Assembly (NCBI GenBank): GCA_043742785.1
Contig: JAYTXU010000063.1
Span: 7,997-71,996, forward strand
Direction of reading: 5' to 3'
Length of the DNA stretch: 64,000 bases
Source: Candidatus Omnitrophota bacterium
GTDB taxonomy: Bacteria > Omnitrophota > Gorgyraeia > Zapsychrales > Fredricksoniimonadaceae
This document shows, piece after piece, positions 44,475 through 54,309 of the stretch; within the stretch, counting starts at the first letter, position 1; each line of letters starts with the position of its first letter. The notes below the pieces were generated by a model, which saw only the letters and a program-made list of their open reading frames with translations, was not told where the DNA came from and ran no database searches. The translations under genes were made by a program, and so were the position numbers.

Positions 44475-45850
44475 TGTTTACGATTAAGGAAATTGCAGAA
44501 GCTGCAGAAGGAAGGTTAATTCAAGGAGAAGATACGGCTATTGTTAAATCTGTGTCTATCGATTCTCGTTTAGTTGAAAAAGGACAGTTATTTATTGCCG
44601 TTAAGGGTGATATTTTCGACGGACATGATTTTATTACGGATGTTATTGCTAGAGGTGTTCGAGTTGTTGTGGTGCATAGGCCAGTTAAAATAGACAATCC
44701 GAATGTTAGTATCATTATGGTTAAGGATACTACTCGAGCTTTAGGGCATATTGCTCGTTTTCATCGTCTTCGTTTTAAGATTCCTATTATTGCTTTAACG
44801 GGTTCTGCAGGAAAAACGACAACTAAGGAAATGATCGCTGTTGTTTTAAGTAAGAAATATAGAGTGCTTAAAAATGAAGGAACTGAGAATAATCATATTG
44901 GGGTGCCATTGACCTTGTTGAAATTAAAGTCTTCGCATCAGATGGTTGTTCTTGAATGCGGTACTAATCAACCTGGAGATATTCCATGGCTTTCGGATGT
45001 GGTTCGTCCTAATGTAGCTGTTTTTACAAATATTGGTGAGTCTCATTTGGAGAAACTTAAAACACCTAAAGGTGTTCTAAAAGAAAAATGGACGCTGACT
45101 TCTTGGATGGGGCGTCAAAGCACGGTTATTATTAACGCAGATGATACTCTTTTATCTAGCATAGTTAAGGTTAAGAAAAGCTTTCGTATAATGACTTATA
45201 GCTCAAAGAATCCTAGTCGTTTTCAAGCAAAAGATATTCGAGTTGAAGATGGTCATCACTTGTTTTTCAACATTGATAGAAAAACCATTGAATTGAACAC
45301 GTGCGGAATTAATAATATGTATAATGCTTTGGCAAGTTATGCTTGTGGAGTTTTGATGGGAGTTCCTACTCATCGTATTGTATCTGCGTTAAAAAGCTTC
45401 GAATTTCCAAAAGGTCGGGGACAAATAGTTAAGTTAGGACGCGGTTGGTTGATCAACGACTCTTATAATGCTAATCCTGTTTCTATGCGTAGTGCGGCTT
45501 CGACATTGCAGAATTTTAGAACTCAAGGGAAGAGAATTATGGTTGCGGCTGATATGCTTGAACTTGGAATAAAGGCTAAAGAATTGCATGGACAGATAGG
45601 AAAAGTCATTGCTCAGGCAGGTGTAGATGTATTGATTACGGTTGGTGCTTTGTCTCGACATATGGCAGCTCAAGCTAGAGCTAATAATAAGAATCTGGAA
45701 GTTTTTGCTTGCGCTGATATTGATTCAGCTCAGAAGAATCTAGCTAAAGTTTTTAATAATGGAGATGTTGTTTTAGTTAAAGGTTCTAGGCGTATGGCTA
45801 TGGAGAGAGTTGTTGAGTTCTTATTAAGGTCACCACAAGCAGTAATATAG
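44474..45850 (+). CDS. murF: UDP-N-acetylmuramoyl-tripeptide--D-alanyl-D-alanine ligase
   Basis: Mur ligase P-loop ALTGSAGKTTTKEM; position after murE. Confidence 0.85.
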   Translation: MFTIKEIAEAAEGRLIQGEDTAIVKSVSIDSRLVEKGQLFIAVKGDIFDGHDFITDVIARGVRVVVVHRPVKIDNPNVSIIMVKDTTRALGHIARFHRLRFKIPIIALTGSAGKTTTKEMIAVVLSKKYRVLKNEGTENNHIGVPLTLLKLKSSHQMVVLECGTNQPGDIPWLSDVVRPNVAVFTNIGESHLEKLKTPKGVLKEKWTLTSWMGRQSTVIINADDTLLSSIVKVKKSFRIMTYSSKNPSRFQAKDIRVEDGHHLFFNIDRKTIELNTCGINNMYNALASYACGVLMGVPTHRIVSALKSFEFPKGRGQIVKLGRGWLINDSYNANPVSMRSAASTLQNFRTQGKRIMVAADMLELGIKAKELHGQIGKVIAQAGVDVLITVGALSRHMAAQARANNKNLEVFACADIDSAQKNLAKVFNNGDVVLVKGSRRMAMERVVEFLLRSPQAVI

Positions 45851-45864
45851 ATAAAGGGTAAAAT

Positions 45865-46953
45865 ATGTTTTATTTTCTTTCAGATTTCTCTTACATTTGG
45901 CCCTCGTTAAATATCTTTCGTTATATTACTTTTCGTGCAGGTTTAGCTGCCTTTACTTCTTTTATACTTTGTATTATTTTTGGTCCTATTTTTATTCGTC
46001 TTTTTAAAGAAAATCAGATCCGTGAAGTGGCCAAACGTCAAGATGCTCCTGGGTTGGATAAGTTTCAAGTGAAAAAAGAAGGAACCCCAACGATGGGAGG
46101 GGTATTTATTGTCGGTAGTATTTTGGTATCAGTTTTACTTTGGGGAAATTTGACTAACTCGCTTCTTTTAATGACGATCTTTATTTGTTTGTGTTTAGCT
46201 ATCCTAGGCGGAGCAGATGATTATGTAAAACTTAAAGGCATTGGTAAACATCGAGGGCTTAGAAGTAGAGTGAAAGCCCTTTGGCAGATTCTCATTGCTT
46301 TGTTGGTTGCTATATTTGCTTTTATGCATCCTGATATTACGACTGCTTTGGATATTCCTTTTTTAAAGAATCTAGTGGTAGATTTAGGGGCATTTTTTGT
46401 TTTCTGGGTGGTGCTAGTTGTTGTTGGTTCATCGAATGCGGTAAATTTAACTGATGGTCTTGATGGATTAGCGATTGGTTCTGTTTTGATGGTTGCTTTT
46501 ACCTTAGGGGCGTTGAGTTATGTTACGGGTAACGTAGCTATTAGCGATTATCTTCTTGTTCCGCATGTTCCAGGAGCAGGAGAGTTAGCCGTTTTTTGCG
46601 CGGCGATGGTTGGGGCAAGTTTAGGATTTTTATGGTTTAATTGTCATCCGGCAACAGTATTTATGGGGGATGTTGGTTCATTGGCCTTAGGTGGAAGCAT
46701 TGGAATGATTGCTATTCTTATTAAAAAAGAACTTTGGTTAGTTGTTCTGGGGGGAGTTTTTGTTGTTGAGGCAGGTTCTGTAATTATGCAGGTTCTATCT
46801 TTTAAGACGACAGGAAAACGTATATTAAAAATGTCACCTTTTCATCATCATTTACAACTATCTGGATGGAATGAGAATAAGATTATTGTTCGGTTTTGGA
46901 TTGTGGCTATTATTTTGGCGATGTTAACCTTAACAACTTTGAAAATTCGTTAG
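45865..46953 (+). CDS. mraY: Phospho-N-acetylmuramoyl-pentapeptide transferase
   Basis: MraY motifs (NAVNLTDGLDGLA, ~10 TM). Confidence 0.9.
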   Translation: MFYFLSDFSYIWPSLNIFRYITFRAGLAAFTSFILCIIFGPIFIRLFKENQIREVAKRQDAPGLDKFQVKKEGTPTMGGVFIVGSILVSVLLWGNLTNSLLLMTIFICLCLAILGGADDYVKLKGIGKHRGLRSRVKALWQILIALLVAIFAFMHPDITTALDIPFLKNLVVDLGAFFVFWVVLVVVGSSNAVNLTDGLDGLAIGSVLMVAFTLGALSYVTGNVAISDYLLVPHVPGAGELAVFCAAMVGASLGFLWFNCHPATVFMGDVGSLALGGSIGMIAILIKKELWLVVLGGVFVVEAGSVIMQVLSFKTTGKRILKMSPFHHHLQLSGWNENKIIVRFWIVAIILAMLTLTTLKIR

Positions 46954-46954
46954 C

Positions 46955-48190
46955 ATGATCGATTTAAAGAATAAGAAAGTTACGGTGATTGGTGCAGCTA
47001 GAAGTGGCATAGCTGCCGCAGATTTAGTTCTACGGTTAGGAGGGATTCCTAAGATATCTGATTCCAAAAAGCAAATCTCTGTTTCTCCTGGGATTAGGAT
47101 TGAAGTAGGTGGCCATACCAAGGAATTTATTCAAGATAGTGATTACGTTATTTTAAGTCCTGGCGTTAGACTTGATAGTCAGCCTGTTCAATGGGCCCGA
47201 GAAAAAGGTATTGAAGTGATGGGGGAGGTTGAGTTAGCTTTTAGGTGTTGTCCCTGCCCAATCGTCGCTGTAACCGGTAGTAATGGCAAGACGACCACAG
47301 TAACCTTGGTTGCAGAAATATTAAAGAAGGCGAACCGAATTGTGCGTTTGTGTGGAAACATTGGCAGCCCTTTTTCTTCTCATGTTTTGAATCTTAAGCA
47401 GACAGATATAGTTGTATTAGAAATTAGTTCTTTTCAATTGGAGTCAACCATTCATTTCAAACCGCATGTAGCGGTATGGCTTAATTTTAGTCGGAATCAT
47501 TTGGATCGTCATAAGGATTTAGCTGAATATTTTGAAGCTAAGAGAAAAATCTTGAAGAATCAAGATCAAGAGGATTTTATCATTTTTAATTTTGATCAAG
47601 AGGAATTCCAAGAGTTAGCCAAAGGGTTAAGATCTAAAGTTTTGTTTTTTAATGGACCTCAAAGTCCTTTGGATATTACTAATCCAAATTATCGAGCAGC
47701 TATGGTGGTGGCAAAGGCGTTAGGGATATCCGAAGATATTAGTCGACAGGTTTTCTCAGAATTTAAAGGGGTGGAGCATCGTTTAGAGTTGGTAAGAACT
47801 TTACACGGTGTGGATTATATTAATGATTCGAAATCAACTACAGATCAATCAGGACAATGGGCTCTTGAACGTATGACAAAACCGGCCATTATGATTTGTG
47901 GAGGATCAGAGAAGAATATTGACTATAAAGGTTTGAAGTTGTTAGTAGGAGAAAAAGTGAAGCATATGATTGCTATTGGACAGATTAGAGGTCAGATCAA
48001 AGATACATTTGCTGATGTTGTCCCTCTTGAGGTTGTCGATTCTTTGGACTCTGCTGTAAGAATAGCACAGGAAAAAGCGTCGTTGGGGGATTGTGTACTT
48101 TTTTCGCCTATGACGGCTAGTTTTGATATGTTTAAGGATTACGAACATCGAGGGAAGGTGTTTAAAGAGATTGTGGAACAACTTTTATGA
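46955..48190 (+). CDS. murD: UDP-N-acetylmuramoylalanine--D-glutamate ligase
   Basis: N-terminal Rossmann-like VTVIGAARSG; Mur ligase P-loop VTGSNGKTTT. Confidence 0.85.
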   Translation: MIDLKNKKVTVIGAARSGIAAADLVLRLGGIPKISDSKKQISVSPGIRIEVGGHTKEFIQDSDYVILSPGVRLDSQPVQWAREKGIEVMGEVELAFRCCPCPIVAVTGSNGKTTTVTLVAEILKKANRIVRLCGNIGSPFSSHVLNLKQTDIVVLEISSFQLESTIHFKPHVAVWLNFSRNHLDRHKDLAEYFEAKRKILKNQDQEDFIIFNFDQEEFQELAKGLRSKVLFFNGPQSPLDITNPNYRAAMVVAKALGISEDISRQVFSEFKGVEHRLELVRTLHGVDYINDSKSTTDQSGQWALERMTKPAIMICGGSEKNIDYKGLKLLVGEKVKHMIAIGQIRGQIKDTFADVVPLEVVDSLDSAVRIAQEKASLGDCVLFSPMTASFDMFKDYEHRGKVFKEIVEQLL

Positions 48191-49281
48191 AAGAAACTCG
48201 GGTTCAGTTAACAGTTATTGTTTTCGCTCTTATTTGTATTGGGATTATTATGATTTATTCTGCTAGCGGTATTAATGCACTAGAGAACTTTCATGATAGT
48301 TTTTATTATCTTAAACGTCATTTTCTTTTTTTAGCTATGGGACTTATTGCTTGCTTGGCGGTGATGAGTTTTGATTATCGAAAAATTCAACCGTATGTCA
48401 AGATTTTGTTGGGCGTTAGTCTTTTTCTTCTAGTTTTAGTTCTCATCCCACATTTTGGTAAGGAAACTTATGGAGCTCGTCGATGGTTTAAATTGGGTGT
48501 TTTCCATTTTCAGCCTTCTGAGTTAGCAAAGTTGGCAGTCATCATATATACGGCTGATTTTTTAAGCCGTAAACAACAGGTGATCAGAGATTTCAAAAAA
48601 GGATTTCTACCCCCTATTCTCGTTGTGGGTGTTGCTTGTATGTTGACAGTTAAGCAGCCTGATTTGGGAACAACTGTTGAGATGGCTGTTGTTGTTCTTG
48701 GGTTGATGTTTATTGCGGGTGCTAGGTTTATACATTTAGCAGCTATTGCAGGGACTGCTATACCTGTTGTCATTTATTTAGTTATTAAAGAGCCTTATCG
48801 TATGGCACGTATTATTGCTTTCTTGGATCCTTGGCAAGATAGCCAGGGAATAGGTTTTCAGTTAACTCAGTCGCAGATTGCTTTAGGTTCTGGTGGTCTT
48901 TTTGGTGTTGGTTTGGGGCATAGTCAGCAGAAATTGTTTTATTTACCAGCGGCACATACAGATTTTATTCTTTCTATTGTTGGAGAAGAATTTGGATTAG
49001 TTGGGGCATTAGTTGTTGTAACTTTGTTTATCCTTTTTATATGGACAGGGATTCGTTTAATTCGTCAAACGCATGAAGGATTCGGCTATTTTTTAAGTAT
49101 TGGTATTATTATGATGTTAGGGTTACAGGCGATGGTTAATGTGGGAGTTTCTATTGGAGCTTTTCCAACAAAAGGTTTGCCGTTGCCGTTTATCAGTTAT
49201 GGTGGTTCCGCATTAATTTTTCATTTGGTGGCGATTGCTTTGATTTTAAATGTTTCTAAAACCAATGATCAGAAATTCTGA
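48187..49281 (+). CDS. ftsW: Lipid II flippase / peptidoglycan glycosyltransferase FtsW (SEDS family)
   Basis: SEDS motifs (PSELAKL, PDLGT, ~10 TM). Confidence 0.85.
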   Translation: MKETRVQLTVIVFALICIGIIMIYSASGINALENFHDSFYYLKRHFLFLAMGLIACLAVMSFDYRKIQPYVKILLGVSLFLLVLVLIPHFGKETYGARRWFKLGVFHFQPSELAKLAVIIYTADFLSRKQQVIRDFKKGFLPPILVVGVACMLTVKQPDLGTTVEMAVVVLGLMFIAGARFIHLAAIAGTAIPVVIYLVIKEPYRMARIIAFLDPWQDSQGIGFQLTQSQIALGSGGLFGVGLGHSQQKLFYLPAAHTDFILSIVGEEFGLVGALVVVTLFILFIWTGIRLIRQTHEGFGYFLSIGIIMMLGLQAMVNVGVSIGAFPTKGLPLPFISYGGSALIFHLVAIALILNVSKTNDQKF

Positions 49282-49329
49282 GTGACAGGGAATCCTCGTT
49301 AAGAAGGAATTGCCAAAGGGAATGTTAAT

Positions 49330-50448
49330 ATGAGAATTGTTATTGCCACTGGAGGTACAGGCGGACATATTTTTCCTGCACTTCAGACAGCGTGCATTTT
49401 AAGAGATCGTGGTCATGAAATATTTTTTATAGGATCTTTGGGATTAGGGGAAGAAAGAGTTAGAGCCGAAGGCTTTAAAGCAACAGTTATTCGTGCTCAA
49501 GGGGTAACCAATCGATCCTTGGTAGGTTTGATAAAGTTTGGTTGGTCAATGTTTAAAGCCATTGTTCAATCGATAAAGGCGGTAAGGCAGGTTAAGCCTG
49601 ATAAGGTTATTGGATTTGGTGGATATGGATCCTTTGCTGTTGTTTTGTCAGCAAAGCTTTTTAGTATTCCTTCTATGATTCATGAACAGAACGTTGTTCC
49701 TGGTAAAGCCAATCGTTTGTTAGCTAAGTTGGTTAAAAAAATAGCTATAAGTTTCCCTGGAACACGAAATCATTTTAATCACAATAAAACAGTATGGACG
49801 GGTTGCCCCTGTCATCAAAATCGTCCTTTAGACAGCAGGGAAGTTTTGTTAAAGAAGTTTTCATTAGATCCTAAGCGTAAAACAATTTTAGTATTAGGAG
49901 GAAGTCAGGGAAGTCAGAAATTAAATGAAGTATTTTTTGAAATGATTTCCGACCAACAGGGAGTCCCCGATAAGAGGGGAGACCATCAGGGAATCTGCAG
50001 TGTAAGTAGATTACCGCCAATACAGGCTATCCATATGACGGGTAAGAAAGAGTATTCTTTATATGAGAATAAATATCGAGATAATTCTTTACCTGTAAGA
50101 GTTTTTGAATTTATCAGCCCTATTGAAGAAGCGTATGCTTTAGCAGATGTGGTGATTGCACGTGCGGGGGCAGCAACAGTCAGTGAAGTAGGTTTTTTTG
50201 CCATTCCTTCAATTTTTATTCCGTATCCTTTAGCTGATGGTCATCAGAAATATAATGCTCAAGTTCTTTCTCAATTAGGTTTAGCGTCTATTATAGATCA
50301 AAAGGATTTAACAAAGGATGTCTTAGAAGATTCTTTAAAGGATTTGTTATTAGTTAATTTTGATAGAATATCTTGGCAAAAGAAAACAGAACAATCATTT
50401 AAAAGTTTTCCAGCTCAAGAACTAGCTCAAGCAGTGGAAGATTTATGA
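49330..50448 (+). CDS. murG: UDP-N-acetylglucosamine--N-acetylmuramyl-(pentapeptide) pyrophosphoryl-undecaprenol GlcNAc transferase
   Basis: N-terminal ATGGTGGHIFPAL; GT28 C-terminal domain; contains a ~40-aa insertion. Confidence 0.8.
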   Translation: MRIVIATGGTGGHIFPALQTACILRDRGHEIFFIGSLGLGEERVRAEGFKATVIRAQGVTNRSLVGLIKFGWSMFKAIVQSIKAVRQVKPDKVIGFGGYGSFAVVLSAKLFSIPSMIHEQNVVPGKANRLLAKLVKKIAISFPGTRNHFNHNKTVWTGCPCHQNRPLDSREVLLKKFSLDPKRKTILVLGGSQGSQKLNEVFFEMISDQQGVPDKRGDHQGICSVSRLPPIQAIHMTGKKEYSLYENKYRDNSLPVRVFEFISPIEEAYALADVVIARAGAATVSEVGFFAIPSIFIPYPLADGHQKYNAQVLSQLGLASIIDQKDLTKDVLEDSLKDLLLVNFDRISWQKKTEQSFKSFPAQELAQAVEDL

Positions 50449-51233
50449 ATTATATCTTAAGAGTTTTAATCTTTGTTTTTGCGATTTATATGACACAAGT
50501 TACTTGTGTCAGTGCCAAAGATTGGGAAGTTCTTAAAGGGAATAATTTTATTGTTTATTATCGAATGAATGTTCCTGAAGAGTTTATTAAAACTGTGTTG
50601 GACTCTGCAGAAGATGAACACAGTCGTGTTCTTGGGAATTTGGGGGTTTCACGTTATCAAAGTTGGGCTAATGAAAAACGCGCATCAATTTATATTTATT
50701 CAGATGAGAAGGATTATGTGAGCAATGGAAATCAGCCTGGTTGGTCGCATGGGTGGGCGTTAGCATCAAGTAAGATCATTAAAACATATCCTTCGGATCA
50801 AGGATTTTTTGATGCATTATTGCCTCATGAATTAGGACATATTATTTTTTATGAATTAGTGGGGCCTTATGCAGATGTTCCTTTATGGTTAAATGAGGGA
50901 ATTGCAATGTATCAGGAAAAGGCGAAGCATATAGGAGCTGCAAAGATTGTCCAAGAGGCCTTAGAAAAAGGTCAATTTATTCCTTTAACACAATTAACAG
51001 TTATGCGATTATATAACAATTCAAGCCAAGAAACTGTTGATCTTTTTTATGCAGAATCTGCGAGTATAGTTAATTTCTTGATTACTCAGCTTGGAGAAGG
51101 ACTTTTTTTTAAATTATGTCGAGAGCTAAAAGAGAAAAAAAGTCTTGTGGAGGCGCTATCTATAACATATAGACACATTGAAAATTTAGAAGATTTGAAT
51201 AAGAGATGGATTGAATATTTGAAAGGTCGTTGA
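50445..51233 (+). CDS. Secreted HEXXH zinc-metallopeptidase-like protein (gluzincin-type) embedded in the dcw cluster
   Basis: Signal peptide MNYILRVLIFVFAIYMTQVTCVSA; HELGH (HExxH) with downstream NEGIAMYQE glutamate; ATGA overlaps with both murG and murC. Confidence 0.5.
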   Translation: MNYILRVLIFVFAIYMTQVTCVSAKDWEVLKGNNFIVYYRMNVPEEFIKTVLDSAEDEHSRVLGNLGVSRYQSWANEKRASIYIYSDEKDYVSNGNQPGWSHGWALASSKIIKTYPSDQGFFDALLPHELGHIIFYELVGPYADVPLWLNEGIAMYQEKAKHIGAAKIVQEALEKGQFIPLTQLTVMRLYNNSSQETVDLFYAESASIVNFLITQLGEGLFFKLCRELKEKKSLVEALSITYRHIENLEDLNKRWIEYLKGR

Positions 51234-52609
51234 TGAAAAAGAAACATTATCATTTTATTGGTATTGGTGGCGTTGGGATGGGGACCTTAGCTTCGTTATT
51301 ATTAGCCAAAGGACATAAGATCAGTGGATCAGATCTTAAGGATAGTGAATTAACAACTCAGTTACGTAAAAATGGAGCAGTGATTTCTATTGGGCATCAC
51401 GCTAGCAATGTTCAAGAACCTGATCATGTTGTTTATTCGTCAGCGATTCCTATGACCAATCCTGAAATGATGGAGTCGATTATTCGTAATTTGCCTTTGC
51501 TTAAACGTGCGGAAGTTTTGGCTCAGTTGGTGAATGAGGAGATAGGAATTACGATTGCGGGAGCTCATGGTAAAACAACGACTACTTCGATGATATCTTG
51601 TCTTTTACTTAATGCTGGAGTTAAACCAACTACGGCGGTAGGAGGGATCATCAATGGGAATGCTTATAATGCTCATTTAGGAGAAGGAAAATATTTTGTT
51701 GCTGAAGTGGACGAAAGTGACGGGACATTTTTATATTTTCGTCCTATGTATTCTATTATTACAAATATTGATTTTGAGCATGTTGATTTTTATAAAGATT
51801 GGAAGGGTATTTTAGAAGCTTATCGAAAGTTTATTAATTACACGAGTGATCAGGGAGTTTTAATTGCCTGTGCTCAAGATCAAAAATTAAAAGAATTGAT
51901 TAAAGAAACAAATAAGAAGGTTGTTTTTTATGGGCTTGATGAGTCTTGCGATGTGTGGGCTAAAAATATTATTACGGAGGGTTTTCATTCACGGTTTGAT
52001 TGTTTTACTAAGGAAGGTCAATTAGCTAGCTTTGAGTTAATTGTTCCAGGCAATCACAATATTCTTAATGCGTTAGCATGTATTTCTTTAGGGTTACAGT
52101 TAGGAGTTTCTTGTGAAATTATACAAAAAACTCTTAAAGAATTTGGTGGTGTGAAGCGTCGTTTTCAATTAAGAGGTAAGGTAGATGATGTTATGGTTGT
52201 CGATGATTACGGACATCATCCAACTGAAATTGAGGCTACACTTAAAGCGGCTCGACTTTTTAATAAAAAGCGCTTGGTAACAGTCTTTCAGCCTCATCGG
52301 TATTCGAGAACAAAATTCCTACTAAATGAATTTGTCGAAAGTTTGTTGTTAACAGATCAACTAATTATTACTGATATTTATGCGGCTAGCGAGAAACCTT
52401 CAGCAGGTGTTGGAATTAAAGAATTGTTGGAGCCTCTGCAAAGCAAGTTAGGGAGTCGAGTGGTTTATTGTAAGAAAGAAGATATTTTAAATCATTTGAC
52501 GGATTTTGTACAAAATGGGGATTTGGTATTATTTCTAGGAGCAGGGGATGTTAATCATTGTTGTGATGATTTATTGGGCAATCTTTCGAAAAAGAAGGTT
52601 ATGGCATGA
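51230..52609 (+). CDS. murC: UDP-N-acetylmuramate--L-alanine ligase
   Basis: HFIGIGGVGMGTLA N-terminus; P-loop GAHGKTTTT. Confidence 0.85.
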   Translation: MMKKKHYHFIGIGGVGMGTLASLLLAKGHKISGSDLKDSELTTQLRKNGAVISIGHHASNVQEPDHVVYSSAIPMTNPEMMESIIRNLPLLKRAEVLAQLVNEEIGITIAGAHGKTTTTSMISCLLLNAGVKPTTAVGGIINGNAYNAHLGEGKYFVAEVDESDGTFLYFRPMYSIITNIDFEHVDFYKDWKGILEAYRKFINYTSDQGVLIACAQDQKLKELIKETNKKVVFYGLDESCDVWAKNIITEGFHSRFDCFTKEGQLASFELIVPGNHNILNALACISLGLQLGVSCEIIQKTLKEFGGVKRRFQLRGKVDDVMVVDDYGHHPTEIEATLKAARLFNKKRLVTVFQPHRYSRTKFLLNEFVESLLLTDQLIITDIYAASEKPSAGVGIKELLEPLQSKLGSRVVYCKKEDILNHLTDFVQNGDLVLFLGAGDVNHCCDDLLGNLSKKKVMA

Positions 52610-53556
52610 GTCAGTCTCAGTTTGGAATGATTGGTGTTTTAATGGGAGGGTATTCTTCAGAAAGAACTATTTCATTACGTTCTGGTTCTGCGGTGGCATC
52701 TGCTTTAAGTGCCGCAGGGCATTTAGTTAAAAGCATTGATATTGAAACCAGTGATCGATCTAAAATTATTGAGATAATCAAAAAAGCTAATCTTGATGTA
52801 GCCTTTATTGCCTTACATGGTCGTTTAGGAGAAGATGGTCAGATACAATCTATTTTAGAAGAATTAGGGATTTCTTATACAGGTTCAGGAGTGCTCGCCA
52901 GTCAAAAAGCATTTAATAAAATTACGGCTCAAAGTGCTTTTGAAGATGCGGGGTTGTCTATTCCAGAAAATTTTTATATTACCAAGGGAGAGTTTGTTCA
53001 TTTTAGGGATGTTTTTGGAGTTTTGAAAAAATTACCATTTGTTGTTAAGGCGGCTTGTGAAGGATCGAGTCTTGGTGTATATATGGTGAGGCATCCTTCT
53101 GGTTGGGAATCCGCCTTAAAAGATGCATTAACATTTGGTCCTTTTGTTATTGTAGAAAAGTTTATTAAAGGGCGTGAAGTAACGGTGGGTATATTTGATC
53201 GTCAGCCCTTGCCTTTGGTAGAAATTGTTACTCAAAGTTCTTTATTTGATTATCAGTCTAAATATCAAAGAGGTTTAACGAATTATGTGGTGCCGGCCCA
53301 GTTGTCAGAAGATTTAACTAAGAAAATTCAGGCGATGGCGCTTTTAGCTTATGATGTCTTAGGTTGTGAGGGTTTTGCTAGAGTGGATATTCGTATTAAT
53401 GAAGTAAATCATCCTTATATTTTAGAGATCAACACTATTCCTGGATTTACAGAAACCAGTCTTTTTCCTAAGGCTGCAGCTAAGGTAGGGTTTAGCTTTT
53501 TACAGGTCTGTGAGAAATTATTAGATTTAGCTTATGCCAAAAAAGTCCAACGTTAA
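52606..53556 (+). CDS. ddl: D-alanine--D-alanine ligase
   Basis: ATP-grasp; Ddl C-terminal motifs (GFARVD..., LEINTIPGFTETSLFP). Confidence 0.85.
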   Translation: MSQSQFGMIGVLMGGYSSERTISLRSGSAVASALSAAGHLVKSIDIETSDRSKIIEIIKKANLDVAFIALHGRLGEDGQIQSILEELGISYTGSGVLASQKAFNKITAQSAFEDAGLSIPENFYITKGEFVHFRDVFGVLKKLPFVVKAACEGSSLGVYMVRHPSGWESALKDALTFGPFVIVEKFIKGREVTVGIFDRQPLPLVEIVTQSSLFDYQSKYQRGLTNYVVPAQLSEDLTKKIQAMALLAYDVLGCEGFARVDIRINEVNHPYILEINTIPGFTETSLFPKAAAKVGFSFLQVCEKLLDLAYAKKVQR

Positions 53557-54301
53557 AATCCCAACTATTGTTGTTATTCGACTCATTGTATTTCTCTTTA
53601 TAGGAGTTATTATTTTTGGGATTTATAGCAGGACTGCGAAGTTTTTAATGACTGCTCCTATGTTTGATATTAAAGATGTCTTGGTGGATCAATCCATCAG
53701 TTTTATTGATCATAGACCGTTAAGAGGGTTAAAAGGTCAAAATATTTTTAGTATTGATTTAGTGAAGCTTCATTGGCAGATTGCTAATCAATATTCTCAG
53801 ATTTCTCAGCTACGTGTGGTACGTGAATTGCCCGATACGATTAAGATATTGGCAAAAAAGAGAGATATTCTTTTACAAGTTGCGGCACATAATAAGTTCT
53901 TAATTGTTGATACGGAAGGCGTAACTATGTTTTATACGCCATCCCCGGTGACTTTCCCATTAGTTAAAGGGATTTCTTTAGAGAGAAGTAAAATTATTTT
54001 AGGTTCTCCTTCTACAAGCAAAGAGTTGAATCTGGTTGTAGAACTTTTGCAGGAACTAAAATCTCATCCTAATACAAGTCGACTTAAAGTCATCAGCATA
54101 GATGCTGGTAATTTATCAAAAATTCAACTGTTGGTAATGCCTAATATTCAGATTATTATTGATCAAGATGCCCTAACCGCTAAAGTAGCCATGTTAGAGA
54201 TTCTTTTTCAAAATGGTAAAATTAATTGGAGTTTGGTTAAATATATTGATATTCGTTTTAAAGAACCTATTATTAATGAAAATACTCCTCAAGAGAAATA
54301 A
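53534..54301 (+). CDS. ftsQ: Cell division protein FtsQ/DivIB-like (TM plus POTRA)
   Basis: Single N-terminal TM helix, POTRA-like region, position between ddl and ftsA. Confidence 0.6.
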   Translation: MPKKSNVKIPTIVVIRLIVFLFIGVIIFGIYSRTAKFLMTAPMFDIKDVLVDQSISFIDHRPLRGLKGQNIFSIDLVKLHWQIANQYSQISQLRVVRELPDTIKILAKKRDILLQVAAHNKFLIVDTEGVTMFYTPSPVTFPLVKGISLERSKIILGSPSTSKELNLVVELLQELKSHPNTSRLKVISIDAGNLSKIQLLVMPNIQIIIDQDALTAKVAMLEILFQNGKINWSLVKYIDIRFKEPIINENTPQEK

Positions 54302-54309
54302 GGTTAATT

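Noticed and set aside
52548-52730. 60-aa plus-strand ORF spanning the murC/ddl junction
   Set aside because: Out-of-frame overlap with two well-supported genes; spurious.
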